A stretch of DNA of 64,000 nucleotides from an uncultured Gammaproteobacteria bacterium (GTDB lineage Bacteria > Patescibacteriota > Patescibacteriia > Magasanikbacterales > GWA2-37-8): NCBI GenBank assembly GCA_964619625.1, contig CAZUFD010000002.1, forward strand, positions 14,582 to 78,581, given 5' to 3'. The translations under genes were made by a program, and so were the position numbers. A model generated the notes under the pieces. It made no database searches, was not told the origin of the DNA, and saw only the letters and a list, made by a program, of their open reading frames with translations. Shown piece after piece: positions 46,301 to 56,621 of the stretch (positions are counted from its first letter, which is position 1; every line of letters begins with the position of its first letter).

Positions 46301-47239
46301 TCAACTTAATGATAATAATATTTGTTCTATAACTAATTTTGGATTTATATTTTGCGCGAGCAACATTTGTGATTTTTTAAAATTATCTATAAGTCCCACC
46401 ATTTGCGATAAAGACAATTTGCTTTTGGCAATGATTTTATTATCTCTGTTTGCCAGTTTGTCTAACATAACATCGCGCCATAGCACTGTCCAGGTTTCCA
46501 GCACACCTTGTAATTTCTCTCCGGCGCGCGTACTTTCGTCTTTATCGTTAAATAAATCATCCACGCCTTTAATTTTTTTAAAAAACGGCTCGCCAACTAT
46601 TTGTTCCCATCGCTCTAATTCACCCTTAAACTGCTCGTGCAACGCCGGATCAGCGCATAAATCAATAGCTCGTCCCGGTCTGCCCCATGATAATTTGGCG
46701 GCTTCGCTCGCGATCTTTTTATCATTTCCCAATTTTATTAAATTCTGCTCAATCTCGGATTCGCTTACCAGTGGAAAATATATTATCTGGCAACGCGAGC
46801 GAATTGTAGAGAGCAGCTTGCTATCATCGGCCACAAGTAAAAAAAATACTCTATCGTTTCCCGCTTCTTCCAAAATTTTTAAGAGTGCGTTTCCGGATTC
46901 TTCGTTAAGCAGTTCGGCTTCATCTATGATTACCGACTGATGGCCGCCAAACCAAGACTTGCGTCCCAAACGCTCTTTAATGCTGCGCGCCTGGGCAATA
47001 GAAATTTCTTTTTTTAATTTTCCGGTTTTTTCGTCAACTTGACGGGATAAATAATAAAAATCGGGGTGGGTGTCTAATTTGGCTTCGTCTACTTTTAACA
47101 ATGTAGCTGAAAAATATCTAGCCACGGTTTTTTTTCCAACTTGTTCCTTGCCCACGAAACAATATGCCTGCGACAAAGAATTTTTGGCGATAAGGTTTTC
47201 AAAAAAAGAAATAATTTTACCGTGCCCGATAATAGACAT
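46301..47239 (-). CDS. holB: DNA polymerase III subunit delta'
   Basis: AAA+ clamp-loader pattern (GHGKII...AYCFVGKEQVGKKT), Walker B IIDEAELL, SRC-like region SRCQ. Confidence 0.85.
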   Translation of the reverse strand: MSIIGHGKIISFFENLIAKNSLSQAYCFVGKEQVGKKTVARYFSATLLKVDEAKLDTHPDFYYLSRQVDEKTGKLKKEISIAQARSIKERLGRKSWFGGHQSVIIDEAELLNEESGNALLKILEEAGNDRVFFLLVADDSKLLSTIRSRCQIIYFPLVSESEIEQNLIKLGNDKKIASEAAKLSWGRPGRAIDLCADPALHEQFKGELERWEQIVGEPFFKKIKGVDDLFNDKDESTRAGEKLQGVLETWTVLWRDVMLDKLANRDNKIIAKSKLSLSQMVGLIDNFKKSQMLLAQNINPKLVIEQILLSLS

Positions 47240-47301
47240 ACAAATTTCCCAAACTCTATATTCTGCATTCTTAAGCTATTATACCACAAATCCACCGTAA
47301 T

Positions 47302-48309
47302 TTATTTGGTTGCCAAAATACTGCGTTTATAATTTTCCAAATTGTCCAACGCGATGCCCGTGCCTTTGGCCACGCAGAGCAATGGCTCTTCGGCCACATA
47401 GGTAGCCACACCCGTAGCTTGAGCAATGAGTTCGTTAAGATTTCGCAGCATAGCCGAACCGCCGGACAAAATTATGCCCTTGTCTATCACATCCGCGGAA
47501 AGTTCCGGTGGGGTTTTGTAAAGCACGCCTTTTATAGCTTCGGTTAAATTTCCCAACTCATGCTGCAAAGCTTCGGTAGTATCATCGGAACTAACAAGTA
47601 TAGTTTTCGGCAAACCGGTAATCATATCACGGCCTTTTACTTCCATGGTAAGCGGCTTTTCCATATACATGGCCGAACCAACTTTGATTTTTATTTCTTC
47701 CGCTGTTCTTTCGCCGATGGCCAAATTATATTTATGGCGAACATATTCCATGATAGCTTGATCAAACTTATTGCCGCCCACGCGAGCCGAACCCCAGGAA
47801 ACTATTCCGCCCAGAGAAATCACGGCAATTTCAGCTGTGCCGCCGCCAATATCTATAATCATATGACCCGAAGCCGCGCCAATTGGAATATCGGCGCCAA
47901 TTGCGGCCACCACCGGTTCTTTAATGATATATGCGGCGCGCGCGCCGGCAGCGATGGTTGCGTCAATTACAGCTCGGCGTTCGGTGGAAGTAATCCCAGC
48001 CGGCACGGCCACCATAACTTCCGGACGAAACAAACGCACACCGCCCAAAGCTTTATTTATAAAATACCTAAGCATGGCTTCGGTGGTATGGTAGTTGGCA
48101 ATCACACCATCTTTAAGCGGACGTTCGGCCAAGATCGCGTCCGGAGCGCGCCCAATCATATCTTTAGCCTCAACTCCTACGGCGAGCACTTTGCCATCGG
48201 CTTTAGATATGGCCACAACACTGGGTTCATTAATAACAATTCCTTTTTTTGGAACATATACAAGCACATTAGTCGTACCCAGATCAATGCCGATTTTTTT
48301 TATAAACAT
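47302..48309 (-). CDS. mreB: Rod shape-determining protein MreB
   Basis: Actin-fold motifs IGIDLGTTNVLVY, DIGGGTAEIAVISLGG, and high similarity to MreB/Mbl throughout. Confidence 0.92.
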   Translation of the reverse strand: MFIKKIGIDLGTTNVLVYVPKKGIVINEPSVVAISKADGKVLAVGVEAKDMIGRAPDAILAERPLKDGVIANYHTTEAMLRYFINKALGGVRLFRPEVMVAVPAGITSTERRAVIDATIAAGARAAYIIKEPVVAAIGADIPIGAASGHMIIDIGGGTAEIAVISLGGIVSWGSARVGGNKFDQAIMEYVRHKYNLAIGERTAEEIKIKVGSAMYMEKPLTMEVKGRDMITGLPKTILVSSDDTTEALQHELGNLTEAIKGVLYKTPPELSADVIDKGIILSGGSAMLRNLNELIAQATGVATYVAEEPLLCVAKGTGIALDNLENYKRSILATK

Positions 48310-48402
48310 AACGAGTGAGTGAAATGGATGAATTTATTCAGACATTTTCGAGCGAGTTTTGTTTATATGCGGCTTTAAGCCCATATAAACATAGTAAATT
48401 TT

Positions 48403-49836
48403 TTAGTTAGCCAAGCCTACTTCTATAGTACGATCAACTGTCAAATCCGTTTTATAATTATATTTTTGATCGCCAATATTTTCTTGAGCTTCACTTGGGC
48501 TTGCTGATACGATATTTTTACCAAAATTAAGGTTGAGCGTCAATTTATCCGCGATCGTTCCTAATTGTTTTTGCACAAGCAGATTATACGAATTGTTTTT
48601 TATTTGCTCAGCTACTTGCGGCGCCACATAAAACTGCCAGGCGAGCTCACCGGTTTTGCCCGGTTCAATGGAAATAAATGCGCCAAACCACTGCCGGCCA
48701 TTTTCCATTCCCTGATCTACAACTCCGGGCTCGATTGATCTGTCTGCTTTCATACTGCCGGAAACCGAAATAAATTTACTGCCTTCAGGCAAGAAAACCC
48801 TGGCATACGTTCTGTATCTCGTTGTAAATTTCGTAAAGCTGCCATTATTTTTATATTTCATTTTCACCGTGCCAACATATTTATCCGTGCCGCTTGGCGC
48901 AACCGAATACGATAATTCTTTATCCATGACCTTATCGGTTTTAAGCGCGGCCATATTGGCATCCGCCCATAATATATAATCTTTTTTATCCTGTTTCATT
49001 TCTCCGCTCCAACCTCGGGCTACCAAAATTTTTTGTATTTCTAAGTCCGTGGAATACGCCAATATATGTTTCTCCAGCAACATGCGCTGGCTTAAAGCAA
49101 AATAACTGGACCAGTGTTTAAACAAATCGCCGCGAATACGAGCTAAAAGCGCATGGCTTAAATCGGCTAAAATTTTCTTGCGCTCGTCAAAATGCAAACC
49201 ATCTTCGGCAAAACCAAATTCCACTTCATACTCCAATTTTTCCGTAAAGTTGTCCGCGTTAAATTCTTCGCCATTTACGGTAATCGGCCCGCTGATGCGC
49301 AAAATTTCTTCAAGTAGAGTGGGTGTAATGCCGATTACGCCAGTAATTTCTTCGGCCGCAATACCTCGTTCTTTTTTAAACAAGTCCAGTGATTTCATGG
49401 AAGAGGCTGCAAAATCCGGCGACCAGTTACTGTCCCTAAAACCCCATCTTTTGACGAGCACATATTTTTGCAGCGGTTCGGGCGGCACGGACTCAAAATC
49501 TTGCGGCGCCTGGTTATCTAAAATTTCAGTTCCTTCCACTTTTAAAATATGCGGTATGCCTTTATCAACTCGCACGACGCTATAGGCGCCGATAAATCCC
49601 CCGCCCGGACGAATTTCAGTATTGTTTAAAAATAACACCAAATAGCTCTGCGGTTTTTCAAAACCCAATACTTTCGGAATCAGGATATTTTCTGCCGGAT
49701 CAGAAACAACCGTTTCGGCAACCTTTTTTATTACAGCCGATTGCAATCCGCCTTCGGAACGAGACCAGCGCCACAGCCCCAAAGCGCCGATAACAACTAT
49801 CGCAAAGAGTGAAATAAAAATTATTTTTTTTATCAT
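48403..49836 (-). CDS. Membrane-anchored hypothetical protein (possibly DUF4012 family)
   Basis: N-terminal TM helix and a large extracytoplasmic domain. It sits immediately upstream of a GT2 membrane glycosyltransferase, as DUF4012 proteins often do. The family call is tentative. Confidence 0.55.
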   Translation of the reverse strand: MIKKIIFISLFAIVVIGALGLWRWSRSEGGLQSAVIKKVAETVVSDPAENILIPKVLGFEKPQSYLVLFLNNTEIRPGGGFIGAYSVVRVDKGIPHILKVEGTEILDNQAPQDFESVPPEPLQKYVLVKRWGFRDSNWSPDFAASSMKSLDLFKKERGIAAEEITGVIGITPTLLEEILRISGPITVNGEEFNADNFTEKLEYEVEFGFAEDGLHFDERKKILADLSHALLARIRGDLFKHWSSYFALSQRMLLEKHILAYSTDLEIQKILVARGWSGEMKQDKKDYILWADANMAALKTDKVMDKELSYSVAPSGTDKYVGTVKMKYKNNGSFTKFTTRYRTYARVFLPEGSKFISVSGSMKADRSIEPGVVDQGMENGRQWFGAFISIEPGKTGELAWQFYVAPQVAEQIKNNSYNLLVQKQLGTIADKLTLNLNFGKNIVSASPSEAQENIGDQKYNYKTDLTVDRTIEVGLAN

Positions 49837-49859
49837 ATGTTTAGTCCATATAAACGAAA

Positions 49860-51344
49860 CTAACTTCTCTTTTTTACGGAAACGTTAAAACCAAGGTATT
49901 TGCCAAACATGAGATGAGTAACCGCGTCCAGACAAGGCAGCGACGAAAAGAAAATAAGCGATATCGGCAAAAGAAACCATTGCAGAATCATAAATAAATA
50001 TCCATGACGCGGGTGATTTTCCGGACGTGCCGGTAAAATCAACATGCTCATTACGGCTGAAACGAGCAGCCCGAGCATAGCCAATGTCATCAGAATTTCT
50101 AAAATATTGGGGGCATTAAAAAATAAAGCGCTCTGCCGAACTTCATTCCCCGCCACCCACAGAGGCAATCGGCCAATGAGGGTGATAAGAATTGCCACCA
50201 CCGCCCAACTCCACTTGCCCTCCCATTCATGAAACAGCGCTGATACTTTTTTAAACCAGGGAATTTTTTTATTCTGGCGGAATTGCCACAATAAATACGG
50301 AATATGTTCCGTGCCCCAGGCCCAGCGGCGCTGCTGCAAATATAAATTTTTCAAACTGCGCCACCACGAGTCGTCGCGCACCGTATCCATAGATACGGGA
50401 ATATACAGTGGCGTGACTTCATAATCTCCATTATACCGCAACCAGCATTGATAAAAAATACGCGAATCTTCGCTGACAATGTCCTTGCTATGCCCCCCGC
50501 AATCCATAATCGCTTTAAAACTCATGCTGTGCGAAGAAAATGTAACCAGGCTGTCTAACCTGGCCAAGCTAAACAACATCCAAAAACTGGTACCGAAGGC
50601 CATGATACGGATAATGGCCGGCGACTCCCACAAATTATTATTATATAAAGTGAGCGGTTGGAACGAACTGTGATCCGGTCGCGGATGGCTATTATACAAA
50701 TACGCCAGATGCGCGAAGTATTCGCTATGCACAATCGTATCAATATCAAAAACCGAAGTAATAATATCTATGTACTCCCAGCCGCGCTGGTCGGCATATT
50801 TCTTAAATTCCCATTCGGCATAGTGAATATTGGAACCTTTCCCCGGAATTTCATCGGGCAAATTTTCCGGATGCGTATAAAAAATTATATCCGCGAATTT
50901 TCCCGAATAATTCTCAACAACTAATTTTTGTATGCTTTGTGAGTGTTCCAGTTTTCTAGCCTCGCCGGAAATTACCAGATAGGTTTTGCTGGCTGGAAAG
51001 CTGGATTTTAAAAAACTATTCAACGTCGGCGCCACTACATCCCAACTTTCATTATACAGAGGCAGAAAAACGACATTCTTTCTTTTTTCCCAATCTGGAA
51101 ATTCGGCTTTAAGTTTTTCAAACCAATTTATTTTTATGGCCTTGCGGAAGCGCCTCCAAGACAAAAACAAATAAAAAGAAAAGTATGATACGCGGATAAC
51201 CCAATACACATCAAAGACCAGAATAAAATAAATCATCCATAACGGCTTGGCAAAGGATAAAATAATGGTCAAAAAAATCGTAAGCCAAATACTTAAGCCC
51301 GGTAACATTTCGTACAGACGATACCTGTGATAATTTGAGATCAT
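49860..51344 (-). CDS. Integral-membrane family 2 glycosyltransferase (processive, QxxRW type)
   Basis: Multiple TM helices, a DxD-like block, and QQRRWAWG (QxxRW), as in cellulose/chitin-synthase-like processive GT2 enzymes. Confidence 0.85.
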   Translation of the reverse strand: MISNYHRYRLYEMLPGLSIWLTIFLTIILSFAKPLWMIYFILVFDVYWVIRVSYFSFYLFLSWRRFRKAIKINWFEKLKAEFPDWEKRKNVVFLPLYNESWDVVAPTLNSFLKSSFPASKTYLVISGEARKLEHSQSIQKLVVENYSGKFADIIFYTHPENLPDEIPGKGSNIHYAEWEFKKYADQRGWEYIDIITSVFDIDTIVHSEYFAHLAYLYNSHPRPDHSSFQPLTLYNNNLWESPAIIRIMAFGTSFWMLFSLARLDSLVTFSSHSMSFKAIMDCGGHSKDIVSEDSRIFYQCWLRYNGDYEVTPLYIPVSMDTVRDDSWWRSLKNLYLQQRRWAWGTEHIPYLLWQFRQNKKIPWFKKVSALFHEWEGKWSWAVVAILITLIGRLPLWVAGNEVRQSALFFNAPNILEILMTLAMLGLLVSAVMSMLILPARPENHPRHGYLFMILQWFLLPISLIFFSSLPCLDAVTHLMFGKYLGFNVSVKKRS

Positions 51345-51793
51345 ACCTGGTTATTTTTTCCTTGTATATGAGCCTCCGCGCTATATTCGGGCATCACATA
51401 CTGTCCGGCCTTAGCCTCTTTGGCCTTAGCTGAAGCCGCCCGCTGGTCAAAATTCTTTTCTAATTTTATAACCGGAATATGCAAGCCATAAGCTAAGGTG
51501 TTAGCCAGAGTTACGGCCAGCCTAGTGGCTGTAAACCTTCCCACACCCATCACCACGCCCACGCATGTAATATCTTTTACAGATAGGTTAAGGTCAGATA
51601 AAAACTTGTCCAAACAAACGAGCAAATCATCACTCTGTTTCGTTTTAAAAACCTTTGATCTAATATTGTGTCCGGAAGTTTTTTGTTTTGACGAAGCCGC
51701 GGTTCTTTTAAAAACACCTTGAACAAATTTATTATCCATTTCAGCATAGAACACACCCCTATCGTCTTCGGTATTGTCAATAACAAGCAGCAT
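51341..51793 (-). CDS. TsaB (YeaZ)-like protein, short form
   Basis: 150 aa. GVVMGVGRFTATRLAVTLANTLAYGLHIPVI matches the TsaB GPGSFTGLRIG...IP block. The C-terminal part of canonical TsaB is absent. Confidence 0.55.
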   Translation of the reverse strand: MLLVIDNTEDDRGVFYAEMDNKFVQGVFKRTAASSKQKTSGHNIRSKVFKTKQSDDLLVCLDKFLSDLNLSVKDITCVGVVMGVGRFTATRLAVTLANTLAYGLHIPVIKLEKNFDQRAASAKAKEAKAGQYVMPEYSAEAHIQGKNNQV

Positions 51794-51799
51794 AGCCGA

Positions 51800-52399
51800 T
51801 TACATTTTATTTATTTCGTCAATCACTTTTACATACTTGCCTTCAAAGATGCTATATAAGAATTTATCGCCAATTTCACGACGATCGTTTAATTCTTTTT
51901 CACTCATGATTGTATAGCGAAGCGACTTGCCCAGCTTTTTCTCAAAATCAGCCACCAGCTTTGAAACCAAAACCGGTTTTATTTCTCCCACGAGTAAAAT
52001 ATCGGTTTCCGCGTTTTTAGCATCCGTAAAGCAACCGGTAAACAATAGTAATTTCAGCTTGCCGGCTTTGCTCTTTAAGAGTTCAATCAGCTCACGCTCA
52101 TACAGTATTTGCGCCTTAAACAACAGGGCTTTAAGTTCCGCATACAGCAAACAAGCGGTATCTAATTTATAATATTTTGAACGGCCAGTACCGGATTGTT
52201 CGGCAGAATCGGTAATTTCGGCAACCGTAGGCATAATAATACCCACTTTTTCCAAATTACTGAGTTCGCGCCTGACCGCGTTAAGCTGGGATTCAGCCAG
52301 TCTTGCCAGTTCGCGCACATAAAATGGCCGATCCGGAGAATGGAAGAAAATATGCAAAAGTTTTATCCTCGTCTTTGAACCAAAAAGTTGTTCAAGCAT
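51800..52399 (-). CDS. Winged-helix DNA-binding domain fused to a minimal nucleotidyltransferase-like domain
   Basis: N-terminal ArsR-like wHTH (RIKLLHIFFHSPDRPFYVRELARLAESQLNAVRRELSNLEKVGII). C-terminal GCFTDAKNAETDILLVG resembles the Pol-beta NTase GS...D.D motif. Confidence 0.55.
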   Translation of the reverse strand: MLEQLFGSKTRIKLLHIFFHSPDRPFYVRELARLAESQLNAVRRELSNLEKVGIIMPTVAEITDSAEQSGTGRSKYYKLDTACLLYAELKALLFKAQILYERELIELLKSKAGKLKLLLFTGCFTDAKNAETDILLVGEIKPVLVSKLVADFEKKLGKSLRYTIMSEKELNDRREIGDKFLYSIFEGKYVKVIDEINKM

Positions 52400-52498
52400 A
52401 TCGCTAAGGTTGGACTAAATAAGAAAATCGTAATAAATAGCTTTACTATTTTACGCCGTTTATAGTATAATTATTAAAGAAGAAAAAGTCAAAATACC

Positions 52499-54784
52499 AT
52501 GGATAAAACACTACACTTACATGAATTTTTCGTGGAAGGAAACAACCCCGAAGAATCGCATGTCTTATTAAATATCACCGAACCCTCTACTTCAGCCGAA
52601 AGAAGCAAGGGCTATTTTTTCGTAATCTGCGAAATAAACAACGGCGACACCAAATATATCGCCAAGATGCAAAATATCATAGATGAGATAGAAAATAGTT
52701 ACTACGAAATTCCAGATCAAGAATACCAAACTGCCTTAGAAATCGTCTTAAACAAGGTCAATCAAGAAAACATGTCCATGATCCAGCCAGAGATTGGCTT
52801 GCATTGCATTGTGGGCGCGATTCGCGAAAATGATATTATCTTTAGCTTTTACGGGCATCCGCAAATGGTGCTTTTCTACAAAACCAAAGACGGCCTATAC
52901 AAAAAAATGGATTTGGTAGAAGAAAATAAATCTACCGAAAACTCGGAAAACAATCAGCTGTTTTCCCAAATTGTTCAGGGAAAAATCGGCCCCAACGATT
53001 TTTTCTTTGCCGGTACGCCAAATATTATAAACTACTTCAATCATGACCGCCTGCAAAAAATTATTACCACCCGCCCGCCGCGCCAAAGTTCCGAACACTT
53101 GCAGCGAGTATTGTCCGAACTTCAAAACAATATTTCATTTGGCGGCATCATAATTAACCTGCAAAAAAGTACGGAGCCTATTCCAACTCCAAGAATCTCT
53201 CCTGTTAAAAAAGGAGAATCCGCCCGCTCATTAAAGAGCTTGTTTAGCACTGAACAAAATACAGCGAGCATTCTCTCTCCGTCTTTACTGCCAAAATTTC
53301 AAGACAAAGTAAATAACGCCTTTACCGATCAAGAAGAGCCTGAAATGATGCAGCCAAACCCAACCGGCTTGCGCGCCAATACCGAAATTACTTCTTCACA
53401 CTTACGCGCCAGACAAGACCGGATACGACCGGCGGCTAGGCCTAACACCCAGGAAATAATTAAAAAAATAATATTTATTATCTGGCAAATCATAAAATAC
53501 ACGGGCCGAGCAATTATGATTCTCTTGCTTTTTATTGGCACTGTATTTTCCACGCTTGGCAGAAACGCGATGTTATTATTTTTCGTGGTTACCAATTACC
53601 AAAATAGACGCCGCAACATTTTGACTCAGTGGGGCAACTGGTGGCGCAATCTAAAGAATAACCTTAAGCAACTGCCGCTTATTACCAAAGCTTTGCTTAT
53701 TGTCTCCATAATTTTAGTACTCGTATTTACCGTTGGAATCGTGTATGTGAAAAATAAACAGAAAAAAGAAGCTCGTGTAAAACAATCCATGCAAATCGCT
53801 CAGATGATACAAAATAAACAAGATGAGGCCGAGAGTTCTTTGGTATACGGCGATACGGATACGGCTATAACCAAACTACAAGAGGCTGAAGAAATTCTCA
53901 CCACTCTCCCTTGCGAGACAAACGCTGAAAAAGCAACGTGCCAAAACCTAAAAACCCAGCTAGTTGCCTTACAATTAAGGGCTCGCCATATCACTCTGGT
54001 CACCCCGCAGCTTCTGGCGGATTGGAATACGCTCGCTCCCAACAACCAAATGGAAAACATCTTCCTGCTTAACAATAAAATTTACGGATTTGGCAAAACT
54101 AACTCCGACATCTTGGCCTATGACATGCTGACCAAAGAGTCACAGCTCACCAGTCCAAACTTATCTGTAAACAACTTTATTACAGTTTCCGTACCAAAAG
54201 AAAATGATTACGCGGTACTACTGTATGACAACCAACACGTGGTACAGTTCCAACCAACGGAGAATTCCTGGAAAAAGGTAGATATCTCCTACCCTGCTCA
54301 AAATGCTAACATTTCTAGTTTGGCCGTATATAATCGCAGACTCTACACCCTGGACGCTCAAAACAATAAAATCTACCGCCATGATTCAATTAAAACCGGC
54401 TTCTCCACGGGCAAAGAATGGACCCAAAATAACACGACGGATATTAAATCCGGCATTGATATGTCTATAGACGGCGATGTCTTTATCTTAGGCAAGAACG
54501 GCAGTATTTATAAATTTACCAAAGGCCAAACACAAAACTTTAATCTTTCCAAAATTGATCCGCCGCTCACTTCGGCTGATAAAATTTGGACATATAATGA
54601 TCTTAACTATCTTTATATTTTAGACAGTGCTGGCAAAAGAATTATCATTGCGAATAAAACCGGTGAATTTAAATCCCAAATTACAGCCAGTGAATTTGTC
54701 CATCCTACGGGTATGATTATAGATGAGCAAAAAAAGATTGCTTATATTATAGACGGCAACAAACTATACCAGATTGGGTTATAA
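52499..54784 (+). CDS. Large membrane protein with a C-terminal NHL/beta-propeller-like extracellular domain
   Basis: 761 aa with central TM segments, a coiled-coil, and C-terminal repeats (YTLDAQNNKIYRHD, YILDSAGKRIIIANKTGEF, YIIDGNKLYQIG) resembling NHL-type blades. Confidence 0.6.
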   Translation: MDKTLHLHEFFVEGNNPEESHVLLNITEPSTSAERSKGYFFVICEINNGDTKYIAKMQNIIDEIENSYYEIPDQEYQTALEIVLNKVNQENMSMIQPEIGLHCIVGAIRENDIIFSFYGHPQMVLFYKTKDGLYKKMDLVEENKSTENSENNQLFSQIVQGKIGPNDFFFAGTPNIINYFNHDRLQKIITTRPPRQSSEHLQRVLSELQNNISFGGIIINLQKSTEPIPTPRISPVKKGESARSLKSLFSTEQNTASILSPSLLPKFQDKVNNAFTDQEEPEMMQPNPTGLRANTEITSSHLRARQDRIRPAARPNTQEIIKKIIFIIWQIIKYTGRAIMILLLFIGTVFSTLGRNAMLLFFVVTNYQNRRRNILTQWGNWWRNLKNNLKQLPLITKALLIVSIILVLVFTVGIVYVKNKQKKEARVKQSMQIAQMIQNKQDEAESSLVYGDTDTAITKLQEAEEILTTLPCETNAEKATCQNLKTQLVALQLRARHITLVTPQLLADWNTLAPNNQMENIFLLNNKIYGFGKTNSDILAYDMLTKESQLTSPNLSVNNFITVSVPKENDYAVLLYDNQHVVQFQPTENSWKKVDISYPAQNANISSLAVYNRRLYTLDAQNNKIYRHDSIKTGFSTGKEWTQNNTTDIKSGIDMSIDGDVFILGKNGSIYKFTKGQTQNFNLSKIDPPLTSADKIWTYNDLNYLYILDSAGKRIIIANKTGEFKSQITASEFVHPTGMIIDEQKKIAYIIDGNKLYQIGL

Positions 54785-54867
54785 TTGCTAAGGACGAAAC
54801 AAATAAAATTTTAATTTTATTTGTGAGACCTGACGCAATTTCAAGCTTTGCTTATAATAAATAAAAT

Positions 54868-54897
54868 AAAAAAGACCCCGAATTATGGAGTCTTTTT
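54868..54897. terminator. Bidirectional intrinsic terminator between two convergent genes
   Basis: AAAAAGACCCC-GAATTAT-GGAGTCTTTTTT hairpin, with A- and T-runs on both sides. It lies between the stop of gene 52499..54784 and the rplL stop. Confidence 0.6.
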
Positions 54898-54946
54898 TAT
54901 TTTATAGGGATCCTTCGATTACAACCTCAGGATGACTTTAAAATTA

Positions 54947-55354
54947 TTATTTTAATGTCACTTTACCGCCAGCTTCTTCAATTTTCTTCTTCATAGCTTC
55001 GGCTTCCTCTTTCTTTACTGCTTCCTTAATTACCTTAGGAGCGCCATCAACCATAGCTTTGGCATCAGCCAGTCCAAGACCGGTAATTTCCTTAACTGCC
55101 TTGATAACATTGATTTTGCTAGCACCACCGTCTGTAAGTTCAACATTGAACTCAGTTTTTTCTTCAGCGGCAGCAGCGCCTCCGGCAGCTGGAGCGGCAG
55201 CCATCATCATGGCTGGAGCAGCGGCAGATACGCCGAATTTCTCTTCCAAAACTTTTACAAGTTCGGAAAGATCGAGCACTGACATTTTTTCAATTTCAGC
55301 CACCAAATCCTTGAATTTGGCAGGCACTTCTACAACTTTATTTTCTTCTGACAT
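54947..55354 (-). CDS. rplL: 50S ribosomal protein L7/L12
   Basis: Ala-rich hinge [22 protein letters not shown] and the C-terminal domain ...[29 protein letters not shown]. Confidence 0.95.
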   Translation of the reverse strand: MSEENKVVEVPAKFKDLVAEIEKMSVLDLSELVKVLEEKFGVSAAAPAMMMAAAPAAGGAAAAEEKTEFNVELTDGGASKINVIKAVKEITGLGLADAKAMVDGAPKVIKEAVKKEEAEAMKKKIEEAGGKVTLK

Positions 55355-55375
55355 AGAATTAGTTAAATATGTAAA

Positions 55376-55915
55376 TTATGATTTTGCTTTGGCGATATTA
55401 TTAAGCACTCCAACAAGCCCGCGTAAGTTTCCAGCCATGACGTTTACAAATCCGGAAACCGGAGCGTTAAGAGTTCCAACCAATTTTGCCAAGAGTTCCC
55501 GCTTGCTTGGCAAGCTGGCCAAACTCTTTACCATGGAAACATCTATAAATTTGCCTTCCAGCACACCACCAAATAGTTTAACTATTTCGTGATCTTTGGA
55601 GAATGTGTGCACTATTTTTGCGGCGGAAACTTCGTCTCCCAAAGCCATAAAAGTAGCCACACCGCCGGAGAAAACTTTAGGATCAATATCTTTGAGTCCC
55701 AATTCTTCACACGCGCGCTTTACCAGGGTTTTCTTGGCAGCTACAACTTTGATGTTGTTTTTTCGGCATTCTCGGCGCAATTCTTCTGCTTCCGAAACCT
55801 TCAATCCTTGAAAATTGGCAAAAACCACGGCCTTAGCCGCTTTAAGACCATCTTCCAAAGATTTAACGGTATCTTGTTTCTGCAGTTTTGTTTTTGGCAT
55901 ATGTATGTTTTTCAA
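55376..55915 (-). CDS. rplJ: 50S ribosomal protein L10
   Basis: 179 aa. The L10-family pattern is present, and it sits immediately upstream of rplL. Confidence 0.88.
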   Translation of the reverse strand: MKNIHMPKTKLQKQDTVKSLEDGLKAAKAVVFANFQGLKVSEAEELRRECRKNNIKVVAAKKTLVKRACEELGLKDIDPKVFSGGVATFMALGDEVSAAKIVHTFSKDHEIVKLFGGVLEGKFIDVSMVKSLASLPSKRELLAKLVGTLNAPVSGFVNVMAGNLRGLVGVLNNIAKAKS

Positions 55916-56091
55916 ACAAAAAATCTGTGTTCTCCACAGACCTCTAGCACAAATCGACCGAATCTAGCTAAACAGCTATTATTTGTACCTCGGCAGGCCT
56001 GCCCGTAAATCGGGCAAATTAGATCCTTTCGGACACCTACTGTCTATGGTTAGACCAAGTATATATATAATGATAAAAAAAGTCAAGGGCT

Positions 56092-56496
56092 CTATTTCTT
56101 ATGCCTCCCGATACCAAGATTGATATCTTCAAGTCCCACTTCCCAGGTTTTAGGTACGCCAACACTGGCAAAATCTCTGATCTTCCGCATGTCGCTAATC
56201 CCCAATTTTGCGAGCTCCTGTATGAGCGCGGGTTTGTTAACTTTTTCATCACCTGAAACAACCTTAATGCACATCTCTCTTATTCTTAACCGTTCATAGC
56301 CCGGATCTTGTTTGGCGAGAGCCAGTATTTCCGCATCCTGAACCACATCAAAGCTATGCTTTAGACTACTTCTGGCCGCAGCCCGATCTTCTTCACTTTT
56401 ACCAAAAACTGCTGTAATAGCTAATTCAATTTTTACCCTTTGTCTTCCAATTTCTCTTGATCCTATTCCCGTTCCTCCTTCAGATGATTTTGCCAT
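56092..56496 (-). CDS. Hypothetical protein in the position normally held by rplK-rplA
   Basis: ORF of 135-144 aa (MAKSSEGGTGIGSREIGRQRVKIELAITAVF...). It has no similarity to L11 or L1. The start was chosen at MAKSS. Confidence 0.5.
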   Translation of the reverse strand: MAKSSEGGTGIGSREIGRQRVKIELAITAVFGKSEEDRAAARSSLKHSFDVVQDAEILALAKQDPGYERLRIREMCIKVVSGDEKVNKPALIQELAKLGISDMRKIRDFASVGVPKTWEVGLEDINLGIGRHKK

Positions 56497-56525
56497 ATGC
56501 GAAATAAGTGAATTAAATAATTTCA

Positions 56526-56570
56526 TTAGAAAATAATGAGCTTGCTAAATTATTTTCTAATGAAATTATT
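56526..56570 (-). repeat. Perfect 17-bp inverted repeat (hairpin) upstream of, and overlapping, the first ATG of 56092..56526
   Basis: TTTCATTAGAAAATAAT-gagcttgctaa-ATTATTTTCTAATGAAA. On the minus strand it follows the pyrH-like stop and is followed by a T-rich tract. Confidence 0.5.
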
Positions 56571-56621
56571 TATGAGCGAATGAGTATATATGCGGCTTTA
56601 GCCCATATATATTAAAATTAA

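Noticed and set aside
55916-56091. Possible L10 (rplJ) leader autoregulatory RNA upstream of rplJ.
   Set aside because: The position is right, but I could not recognise the conserved K-turn/L10-binding motif by eye. Left uncalled pending an Rfam scan.
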